Source: Spirogloea muscicola
Lineage: Eukaryota
Direction: 5' to 3'
Length of the DNA stretch: 41,265 nucleotides
Assembly (NCBI GenBank): GCA_009602725.1
Contig: WELB01000007.1
Coordinates: forward strand, 250,823-292,087
Below the pieces are notes generated by a model, which saw only the letters and a list, made by a program, of their open reading frames with translations, ran no database searches and had not been told where the DNA came from. Below, piece after piece: positions 11,566 through 21,162 of the stretch (positions within the stretch are counted from its first letter, which is position 1; each line of letters begins with the position of its first letter). The position numbers and the translations under genes are program-made.

Positions 11566-12496
11566 CTACAGCTTGAGCCTGAATGACGTGGACCTGATGA
11601 TGTCATCGTCCGAGTTCATCTTCTTCTGCAGCGTCGCGAGGCTCTCTGTCTTTGTGACGTAAGTGAACAGCAGGTAGATGCCATCGAGGTACCGGGTAGC
11701 CATCCCTCCCATGTTCTTTGTCTTGATGCTGTAGGCAAGCGGCTGAATGCCCCTGTTGAACATTTCCACGTCCAATGCGCCACCCGCGACCAGGGCCTGA
11801 TGGGCAGAGGCGGGGATAAAACCTCAAGTTGGTGAGTGCAGCGTCCCCGTGCTGTTCTGTCATGGCAAGAAAAGCACGCCCGCAACAGCGGAACGCTGGG
11901 TCGGCAGGCCGTGGGAGGCGCCAAGCTGGCAGGGCGTGCGACGCGCCGACCTAGAGGCAGGGCGGCCAGCAGTGGAGAGCCCCGGCCTGCAACGCACCTC
12001 CTCATACCGCTCGGTGAGGGCCACGCGCTCCTCGTCCGAGAGGTCGGGCCGCAGAACCACCATGGTCTCGTAGCGCGCCATGCCGGGGGGGTACTCGCGT
12101 GGGGCTCTCACCGCGTCCTCCTCGTCAATGCCAGCCAGGTTGTCCTGCCAGGTGGAGCAATGCCTCGCACTGGCGCTGAGGCGGTGGCCAGCAGGCTTGG
12201 GGCCGTGCGCGAGGGACGACGAGCGTGGCCGGCTGCTTGTTGGAAGAGAGCGCGTGGCATGCGACAGCGAGGGGAGGGGGCGTCACCTGCATGGCAACGT
12301 TGCGCGGGCCCGCCAGGGCAGCATGGCGGCGCAGGTGCGGCAGGAGGGCAGGCGCGGCGCAGGAGGAGGGGGAGGGGCGAGCGCGGCCCAGCGCAGCGCG
12401 GGTGCAGCTGTAGGCGGAGGCGGAGGCGGAGGCGGAGGCCGGGGCGGCGGCAGCGGCGGCGGCAACGGTGGGACTTAGGGCGGCCGGGGAGGCCAT
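11566..12496 (-). CDS. PRPS6: Nuclear-encoded plastid 30S ribosomal protein S6 (bS6c), 3 exons (12496-12287, 12144-11998, 11796-11566), 195 aa
   Basis: Ala/Ser-rich transit peptide, then ...PPGMARYETMVVLRPDLSDEERVALTERYEE|ALVAGGALDVEMFNRGIQPLAYSIKTKN...YLDGIYLLFTY...DDDIIRSTSFRLKL*. Exon phases are consistent. Confidence 0.95.
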
Positions 12497-12589
12497 GGCG
12501 TGGGAAACAGGGGAGAAAAACACGGGGGTTGGGGAGCTCTCTTTGAGGCGGCGCCCTAAAATCAGGACTGGGACTTTGGGCTCATGAGA

Positions 12590-13110
12590 CGAAGCTCTTC
12601 CGATGGGAAAAGCGCGTCTCGAGTGATGACAATCGAAAGCTCCTCCTAACAGAAGAAGTGGCTCTCCCAAAGAAGGTAGGCACTGGGAAAGGCCAGCCCA
12701 AAAGAAGTGGACAAGGTCCAAAGAGCCGAAAAGCAAGCGCGGCCAGATTAAATGGTGGCTGGGAGAGGCCAGCCCAAAGGAATGAGGAAGAAGTGGCTCT
12801 CCCAATGGGGGCAAGGGCTGTGAGAAGCCAGCCCGAAAAGAATTGACAAGGTTCGAAGGGGCCAAACTACGAGCTAAGCAGCGACTGCGGGGCCTGAAGA
12901 GGCTATGGCAGAACGGGGGAGGATGGACCACTCAGTAGTTACGAGTGAGGAGCCTCACATCCGACAGACTAGCTGCCGGTAAACTATCCCCCTGACGAAA
13001 GCCGGAGGCCGCAGCGAGAGCACGGCCAGCACGCAGATGCAAGGCGTGGGCCGGAAAGGAATGGACAAGGTCTGAAGGAGCCGGAGCGCTAAGAATTGAG
13101 ACAGCAGCAA
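12590..13110 (-). mobile_element. Subfamily-B CRE-type 3' end (12788-13052) plus stacked short 3' modules
   Basis: Reads HALHLRAGRALAAASGFRQGDSLPAASLSDVRLLTRNY* then a UTR almost identical to 20629-20800. Additional modules lie at ~12655-12725 and ~12755-12780. Confidence 0.85.
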
Positions 13111-13112
13111 GC

Positions 13113-14271
13113 GGGAGAAGGGCTCGCCCATTGAGGATAGGGGCTGGGAAAAGCCAGCCCAGAAAAGAATGAACAAACAAAGAATGAACAAAGGACGAGA
13201 AGGGGCCAGGGGAAGTACGAAGAACAAGCAGCACTAAAAAGAAACGAAGCAGCTACGAAGCACTCAGTAACCCCTGCTAAGCAGCCTCAGGTCAGAGAGA
13301 CTGGGTTCCTGGAAGCGGGTCCCCTGGCCAGAGCCAGAGGCAGCAGCGAGGGCTCTGCCTGCACGCAGGTGCAGCGCGCGGGCCATAGACCTCTGCAGCG
13401 AGACGGCCAAGCGCCAAGCGCATGCGGTACACCTGCGCTAGCGACCCTGCTGCATGGAAGTCCACCGGCTCCCCATGGAAGCGCAGACGATAGCGTGACG
13501 TGAGAGCTGGGTGAGCAGCTCGAGCCACCGAGCGCCCAGCGCCCCGTGCGTATCGATGGCGAGCGGGAAGAACTCGTCTTCCCGCGGGTGATCTGCGTAT
13601 TTTAGCTCCTTGGCCCGAGCGGCGCAGGCTACCGCATACCCAGCCTTGGTGGCACACTGGGTTGGATGTGAGCGGTCATAGGAGTCAGTGGTCACCACGT
13701 CCAGGAGAAGACGTGGCCCGCCTGCTGGTGGGGTGGCCACAAGGTCCATGCGACGAGCGTGGAGACCGTCGGCCCGTTGCTGGAGCGGCATGACGGCAGA
13801 GTTCTCGGCTGCCACCGAGAAGCCAGCCTCCACAAGGATGCCATGCATCGCATCCCGGAGATGGTCGTGGGCCGCTGTCCGCTCTCCGCCGTGGGAACAG
13901 CGCAGAGCATGAGCGGCCAGCTCCCCAGGCTCGGTCCCTCGCTCGCCACATTCACACTGTTGCACACCCTGGAGACACGGCGGCGGCAGGCCCAGGAGCC
14001 GGTGGACGGCACTGCGCAACACCTCGTCCGGGAGTGTGAGGGCTTCATTGAGGGGGAGGGCCTGGAGCCACGCCGCGGCCCCCGGGGAGGAGGCCGAGTG
14101 GAATCGGGCGCGCCCGCGCAGGTCGGCCTCCGGGAGCTGGAGCAAGGCGGTGGTGAAGGCTGCCTTGTCCATTGCGGCTGCGAAGCGCGCTTGGACGCGC
14201 AGGTCGGCAGTGTGCGCGAGGTGCGCAAAGGAGACCGCCTGGCCCACCAGGTCCGGGTGCACCGCGAAGGG
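13113..14271 (-). mobile_element. 5'-truncated CRE-type non-LTR retrotransposon (zinc knuckle + restriction-like endonuclease), subfamily D
   Basis: ORF 13438-14262 has CECG-x11-HALRC, ERTAAHDHLRD, RRMDLV...LLLDVVTT, KELKY and FFPLAIDTHGALG. After frameshifts it ends ...RLLSRGY* at 13264, then a pyrimidine-rich UTR with the hairpin module. No RT core is present. Confidence 0.9.
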
Positions 14272-15445
14272 AAGCGGCTGCTGATATTAAAAGAGCGGCT
14301 GTGAAAGCCAGCCAGATGCATACAGGTGTTCATGACGGAGCCACAGGCTAGACAGCCAGGGCGCTCTTAGTAACCCCGTGTCAGCAGTAGGAAGTCAGAT
14401 GAGCTGAGGGGAGGAAGAGCAACCCCGCTGCGCAAGCCAGAGGCTGCTGCAAGGGCACGACCAGCGCGGCGATGCAAAGCAAGCGCTTGGGAACGCTGTA
14501 GCGACATAGACAAACGCATACGGTAGCAGGACACAAGACCCAAAGGCACCAAGCCACGGGGAAGGGCTGCACCCTGTTCCCGGCGCCGCTGGTCAGCTTG
14601 AGATGCCAGCAGCGAAAGTAACGAGGACCACCGACCCCCGTAACACCCATGGATGTCCATGGCCAGGGGGTAAAAGGTATCACCCGCCGGGTGGTCCTTG
14701 TACTTGTGCAACTTCTTCTGTTCGGCCACCTTCACGGCATAGCCGGTCTCAGAAGTTACGGGGCCCTTCGTCCGGAAGCTGTCGGTTAGGACGACGTCCA
14801 TGAGAAGCCGCTTGCCACCTCCCAGGGGGACGCCGACCAGATCGACACGCCGCGTCCGATGGACCCCGTTGCGGAGCTGGACGGGCATCACCCCGGTGCT
14901 CTCCAACGCCACTTGATATCCCGCCTCCTTGACGATGCCATACATGGCGTCACGTAGGAGGTTGTGGGAGCCCGTGCGCTCACTGCCTTTGGCACACCTG
15001 AGCATGTGGTCACCCATGAGCACTGCATCATGCTCAATAAGCCCACATTCACATTGGGTCACCCCTGCCAAGCACAGGGATGGTAAGCCAAGACGGCGGC
15101 GCATAGCATCGCAGAACAAAGCATTTTCCATCCGCAAGCCCGCATGCAAACGCAAAGCGCGGAGCCACTCAGACGCTCCCAGAGACGATACAGATAGGAG
15201 CCGAGCCTGGCCTCGAGCATCCCCTTGGAGGAGACTCTCGGAGATGCTCCAGTGGTTGCGAGCAGCTCCTGGTGGGCGGAGCGTAGCGACGCCTGGAAAG
15301 GCAGCACACCCGTGTCTACCTCCACCACCGCCTGCTCCAGCGCACGCTGGCCGTGGACCAATCAAAACGCTGGGCCACGGAGGCGGCTGTCTGCGCCCAG
15401 CTGCCGAGGTACGCTGCCCGGGAGGAACGGACGAGGTGCGGACTC
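14272..15445 (-). mobile_element. 5'-truncated CRE-type non-LTR retrotransposon, subfamily A
   Basis: Reads AAYLGSW..., CECG...HMLRC, RRVDLV...LLMDVVLT, KKLHKY, FYPLAMDIHGCYG, RMRLSMSLQRSQA...LLTRGY* (stop 14367), then 3' UTR 14272-14366. Confidence 0.92.
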
Positions 15446-16699
15446 TCAGTAACCTCTAGTCTGTAGATTGCAAGTCTGAATAGCTAGCAGGCGGAAAGAC
15501 GTCGCCTGACGGAAGCCGGAGGCCGCCGCCAAAGCGCGGCCTGCACGCAAGTGGACCGTGAAGGCAAGGGACCGCTGCAAAGAGATGGCCAAGCGCATCC
15601 GGAAGACTTGGGCGAGGGACCCGGCGACATTAGCGCCAGGCTGCTTGCCCTGCTGCCCGTGGCGGCGGGCCGCTGCTCGCCGCGCAAGGCGGTGAAGCAG
15701 GTCAAGCCATTTTGCGCCAAAGGCGCCGTGTACGTCGACGGCGAGTGGGACAAACTCGTCTCCCACTGGGTGATCCGAGTATTTCAGTTCCTTGGCGCCT
15801 GCGGCTTGGCGGACTGCGTAGCCCGCCTCCTCCGACGAGCGTTTGGCGCTCCTGGAATCAAAAGAGTCAGTTGTGACGACGTCGGCAATGAGCCGAGGTT
15901 CCCCGCCGAGCGCGCTGGCGACGAGATCGGCGCGCTGGGTGTGGAGGCGGCCATCCGCCCCTGCGGTCGGTGGCATGATGCTGGTATTCTCGAGCGCCAC
16001 ACTGTGACCGGCCTCCACGAGTATGCCAAACATGGCATTGCGTAGCAAGTCGTGGGTGCCCGTCCGCTCCCCTCCCCGTGCGCACAGGAGCATATGGGCC
16101 GCCAAAGACGCCGCGACAGGGCTGCGCTCGCCGCACTCGCATTGCTGTACTCCACTTAGGCAGGGTGGGTGGAGGCCGAGTAGGCCGTGCACCGCCGTAC
16201 GGAATGCGTCGTCCGGCACTCGAAGCGCATCGTGGATCAGCAGAGCAGACAACCAAGCAGCCGCCCCTGGTGAGGACGCCGAGAGCAGCCGCGCGCGCCC
16301 CCGGAGGTCGTCCGGAGGCAAAAGCCCCAACGCCGTGGAGAAAGAGGCCGCATCTACCTCCGCCATGAAGCGAGCTTGGGCCCGGAGGTCGGCCGTGCGC
16401 GCGAGGAGAGCGAACGGGACGGCCTGGGGCACCAGGGCGGGGTGATCCGCGAGCTGCGCTTCCCGGGCTGAGCGGAGAGCCGTATGGAATGGCAACGTGC
16501 CAGTCTCCACGTCCGCGGCCGCGTGCTCCAGGAGGCGACCCCGATGCCGCTTGAAACGCTGGGCCACCGAATCCGCAATCCGCCCAACTCCCCAGGTGTG
16601 ATGCCCGGCAGGCACGAGCCAGCGGACGGCAGCCCAGACCCCCTCGGCTCACAGGCAGGGAGGCCTGGTGCACTGCAGCCGGCCTGGTGCACTGCAGCC
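15446..16699 (-). mobile_element. 5'-truncated CRE-type non-LTR retrotransposon (RT-thumb end to RLE), no 3' UTR
   Basis: Starts at QASLPVSRGGLG (the LPxxxGGLG motif after the RT domain). The 389-aa ORF has CECG...HMLLC, RADLV...IADVVTT, KELKY, FVPLAVDVHGAFG and RMRLAISLQRSLA. Confidence 0.92.
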
Positions 16700-17860
16700 G
16701 AAAAGAAGTGGCACTCCCAATGGGGGGCAAGGGCTGTGAAAAGCCAGCCCGAAAAAGAATTGACAAAGGTTCGAAGGGGCCAAATGAAGGAGGGGCCTTA
16801 AGAGAAAGGGCTCGCCATCGAGGATAAGGGCTGGAAAAGCCAGCCCAAAATAGAACAGAGTACGAGAAGGGGGCCAGGCGAAGCGCTAAGAACAACAAGC
16901 ACAACAAGAAACAAAAAGCGCTAAGCAGCTACGAAGGGGAGCCGAAAGGCGCCTAAACCACAGCTATGCACAAGACAGTCGCAGATGGGAGCTTAGTAAT
17001 CACGAATTAGCAGCAGCAAGCCGGAGTTACTCGCAGCTGGAAATGAGGCACCCCGACGAGACCCAGAGTAGGGGGCGGATGATAGGGGCAAATGGCCATG
17101 TTTTGTCAGCCCCAAATAGAGGAACGGACAAGGTCTGAAGGTGCCGGGAAACCGTGAAAGACAGCTCGATCATAAGAAGAAAGAGCTCTTCAATGGAAGA
17201 AAGAAGTGAACAAGGTCCGAGTTCAACAAGGAGTAAGCTCATCCCGAGGAGGCGAGGGCTGTGAAAATCCGGCCCCAAAAGAGCGGACAAGGTCCGAAGG
17301 TGCCGGAAGTGTTCAGCAACTATACAAGTGCCATAATCGATGGCCACTGAGTAATTTGTAGGAAGCAGCCGCAGTCAGAAAGACTAGCTGCCTCGATGCA
17401 GTCCCCTTGACGAATGCCAGAGGCGGCAGCTAAAGCACGGCCAGCTTGCGATTGCAAAGCGTGGGTCAAGGACCACTGGAGGAATACAGACAGGCGCATA
17501 CGAAACACCTGAGCGAGCGAGCCAGCTGCATTGAAGTCAGCCTGCTCGCCCCGCCTACGGGACACAGTGTGGCGCGCAAGCTGGGCCGAAGCTGGGCTGT
17601 GGACTGCCAGCCCCGAGATGATAAACAACATCCGAATTGGCCGGAAAGCTCTGAACAAACACGACTGAGTAAGTACCACGAAGGATGGTCACTCAGTAAC
17701 CCCAGTAAGCAGCCGCAAGTCCGAAAGAAAGAAATACTCTTCCAAAGTAAGGCAATGGCTGTGAGAGGCCAGCCCAAGCGGACTAGCCGCCAAAAGTAGT
17801 CCCCTTGACGATAGCCAGAGGTGGCAGCTAGAGCACGGCCAGCTCGGAGCTGCAAGAAGG
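16700..17860 (-). mobile_element. Stack of short co-oriented CRE-type 3' fragments of several subfamilies
   Basis: Hairpin modules at ~16730, ~16829, ~17256 and ~17757. C-terminal remnants include LLLIRDY*, GSLAQVFRMRLSVFLQ...GRALAAASG and RAGRALAATSGYRQGD. Confidence 0.8.
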
Positions 17861-18590
17861 AAAGGGCCGGAATGGGCAAGAAATACACGAAATTCCTCTC
17901 TGGGACTCCTTGCTTGGCTTCGTGTCAGCCCCTTCCATTGCCTACCCATTTTCCCCTGCTTCGCCCCGCACCTTGGCTCCGTAGTCCGCTCGTCATTCTT
18001 GCACACAGTGGCTGCCCTCCAGTGGCTGATTTGGGCTCTATGCACAGCCAAAGCTGATCCCAGCGCTTGCATAGCTCACCCACCCTCCTTCCCGCATGCC
18101 CTCCCCCCCTACCATACCCTCTGTGGACTTGCCGGCGCTAATTTTGTCGCACCACTTGGTTCTGTTGGGCTGACCAGAGCAGCACCTGGTTAATCGGAGA
18201 AGCCAAGTTATGACAATCTCGAATAAGCGCACAGCACATCCCAGCCTTGCGGCCCTCCAGGGTGGCCTCTTGGCCCTCACTGAGCCTGCTCAATCCACCT
18301 CCTCATACCTATGGCTGGGTCCCACCCCACCTCGCTCGAAGCTCGAAGTATCTCACTCCTTGCAAGGCTGGCACACCCTGGCACGTCATCGCAGCTGCAT
18401 GCCTGCCAGCAGCTGCCCACCCATATACCAGCCCCACTCACCACGTACCTGCTCCCGAGCATCAGCCGGGGAGCAGGTCCTTCTGTGCACCGCCTCTTCA
18501 TGCCCCACTTGAGAGACTGCGCATGAAGCTCTTGCTTCTAGTCATGTGCAAGGGAGGCGCGGAGCGCAGGCGGCGGGCCCTTATTGGAAA

Positions 18591-20260
18591 TCAAGGAGCT
18601 GCGGTATGCCCGCCTTCTTCTGCAGCCGTCTCAGCCTTATTGCAGGCCTCCTCCTCCAGCGCTGCAGGCAACGGCGCCACTGGCGTCTCGGCCAACGAGG
18701 ACGAGGAGGGGCTGTAAGCCAGCTGCCTCATGGGGTGGTCGAATTTGCAAGTAGGACCGAACTTGCAGATGCCATACCGCTCGTAGAACGCACATGCCGG
18801 CCCGCCCTGCACGATGCCCACCAAAATGCCACCCTCACGTTTTGCCAATAAGCAGCCACCTATCAGGCATTTACCCACCCAAAGCGGACAGGCACAAGCG
18901 TATGTGCGAGAAGCTGGGACGATGAGCAGCCGTGTGTACCGGGCGCAGCGGGAGCCCCATGGGGCTGAGAGAGCACGTGGGCGAGGGCACGATGCGATTG
19001 CGTGGATGGTGATACTTGCAGCTGAGCCCAAACTTGCAGTCCCCAGTCATCATGTAATGCTGGCACTCTGACTGGCCTGGTCTCTCCGGGTAGATGGCAA
19101 AGCCCGGGTGCATGGCCAAGCCGGGCGCAACTGCCCCATACAGGTCTGTGTATGCCTGCATGGGCATCAGCCCAAGCTGCTGCATGTAAGCCGCCTGTGG
19201 CAGCAGCAATTGCTGCCGCTGCTGCGGATATAGTTGGTGTGGCTGTGGCTGGATGACGTGATGGAGGTCGTCATGCCCCGGCCCATGCGCCACCTGTTCC
19301 ACAGTGCCCTTCCCCACGTCATGGTCATCGACAAGGAGCGATCGGGTGGAGCAGCTGCACCAGAGCTACAGGGTCATCACGCCCACGGGGAGCAGTATCG
19401 GCTGAGTGAGGCAGTTGTCCACGGGATGGGGGCGGATGGGAGCGAGACCTGATGGTAGGCCCAGCCAGGGGGAAGCGCCAAAACCGATGGCTGCATGAGT
19501 GCCTGCCCATCATATGCTGGTGAGCCGCCCCGCAGGAGGGGGGCTGCAGAGAGGGAGAAGGAAGAGGGCGATGGAAGGGGGCAGCTGTCTTGTTGCAGCA
19601 GAGGGTGGTGGAATCGGCACGACTCCCCAAACTTACACTGCCCTGTGCGCATGTAGTGCGGGCATTCCCTTTCTCCCTGCAAACAAGCAGCGCTGGCAGC
19701 GTGGTGAGGTCGATTGACTTCGCAGGCCCTGGCAACACCCGCGGGTGAGCCCGGCCGTGGGCGCCCGCCCCCCAGTGGCACCTCAGGGCAGCAGGCACAA
19801 GCCCCCCACAAGGTAAGAAGCGCCTTCAGAAGGCACGCTTCAGCCGGTCATCAGCCAGGGCGTGGGAGAGGGCAGCACGTCGGGGCGACTTTGAGCTCAC
19901 TCGTCTCAAGGGCAGGCCGAGCGGGCTGAGGTGGGTGCGGGTGGGTGATCGGGCTTTGTCCCGAGGATGGTTGTACTTGCACACAGCTCCATACTTGCAC
20001 GTGCCAGTCCTGAGGTAGTACTGCTCCATCCGGGGAACCAGGCCGTGTCCCCACCAACCACCAGCACCACGTCATGCATGCACTGCATGCAGCAGCCGGC
20101 ACACCGCCAGGCGCTGCCGAGGCAGCGGCTGGGGCCATGGGAGGGCCACTGTGCAGGCGAAGGCACGAGGTAGCCGAACCTGGCAGTCTGGATGGCCTGG
20201 CCTCTGAGGGGCTTCTCGAGCTGCTTGGGAGCCCGACGTGGACGGCCCGTCGCGCCGTGG
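18591..20260 (-). CDS. CCCH zinc-finger protein (plant ZFN/C3H32-C3H58-like), 5' exon(s) not visible
   Basis: Four C-x8-C-x5-C-x3-H fingers: [101 protein letters not shown]. LSPxGLPLR linkers are present. The first visible exon begins at an AG acceptor 69 bp from the N at 20329. Confidence 0.9.
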
Positions 20261-20329
20261 CTGCAAGAGCCAGGGCAGGGCAGCGGCAGAGCGGGCCGGG
20301 TGAGGGGAGCTGAGGGGGCGGGGTGGAGN

Positions 20330-21125
20330 CCTTTGGCTCCGTCATGAACACCTGTATGCATCTGGCTGGCATTTCACAGCCGATTCTTTCATATCAGCAG
20401 CCGCTTTCTCTTTTCCCTTTTCCCCCGGGCCGCCGGGAGCACGGGGGTGCGCCCCGCCAATGGCGACGCGCCCGCCGACCTCCCGCCCGCCCCCCCCCCC
20501 GACGCTCGAGCTGGCACCCCCTTTGTTTGTGCTCGTTTTCCGGACTGCTTCCCCTCCACACGCTCTGCCAACATCAGCAGCCGCATTCAGGACGTGCTGC
20601 GGCTGCTGCCTCTGGTGGCCTCTGCTTATGTGAGGCTCCTCACTCGTAACTACTAAGCGGTCCATCCTCCCCCGTTCTGCCATAGCCTCTTCAGGCCCCG
20701 CAGTCGCTGCTTAGCTCGTAGTTTGGCCCCTTCGAACCTTGTCAATTCTTTTCGGGCTGGCTTCTCACAGCCCTTGCCCCCATTGGGAGAGCCACTTCTT
20801 CTGCTTAGCTCGTAGTCTGGCCCCTTGGAACCTTGTCAATTCTTTTCGGGCTGGCTTCTCACAGCCCTTGCCCCCATTGGGAGAGCCACTTCTTCTGGAG
20901 AATCAAGTGCTCGCCCGCATGGAAGCGGAGCCCCCAATGTTTTGACCCGTGGTTACTGAGCGGGTCAATCTACCGTAGGTCATGTAGGTCTTCAGATGTG
21001 CTTGCCTTTGTACTTGGCCATTTGGCCTTCGCTTGTTCCAAACACACGAAACTTTCCCCGAAAGGAGGTAGGGGCTGGGGAAGGCCAGCCCCAAAAGGAT
21101 GGGCACTGCCCAAAGCGCCGAAAGG
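20330..21125 (+). mobile_element. Cluster of CRE-type 3' ends (subfamily A UTR 20330-20405; B 20590-20894 with a 94-bp tandem duplication; C fragment ~20940-21050)
   Basis: Direct sequence matches to 14272-14345, 12788-12960 and 8290-8390 in reverse complement. One opposite-orientation module lies at ~21081. Confidence 0.85.
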
Positions 21126-21162
21126 CGCCTGACTGGCTCCCACACAGCGCTCTTCTACTCCG

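Noticed and set aside
12590..12870. CRISPR-like array or guide locus next to a nuclease
   Set aside because: The repeats are divergent and irregularly spaced, the intervening DNA is mostly element UTR, and the nuclease is a retroelement RLE domain with no Cas or TnpB/Fanzor motifs.
12590..17860. HeT-A/TART- or MoTeR-like telomere-maintaining retrotransposon array
   Set aside because: The 3' ends point toward the telomeric array rather than inward, PRPS6 lies between them, no telomeric repeats flank the copies, and similar clusters occur 20-30 kb away in both orientations.
20020..20050. Apparent frameshift in the CCCH gene (RPGSPDG / EQYYLRTG)
   Set aside because: Explained by an intron: the upstream exon ends [12 protein letters not shown] and CAG|TACTAC is the acceptor.
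20722..20800. Hammerhead or HDV-like ribozyme identity for the repeated module
   Set aside because: I found no CUGAnGA/GAAA core with proper stems and could not fit the nested double pseudoknot of HDV by eye. The module is also at the 3' end rather than the 5' end. A descriptor search would be decisive.
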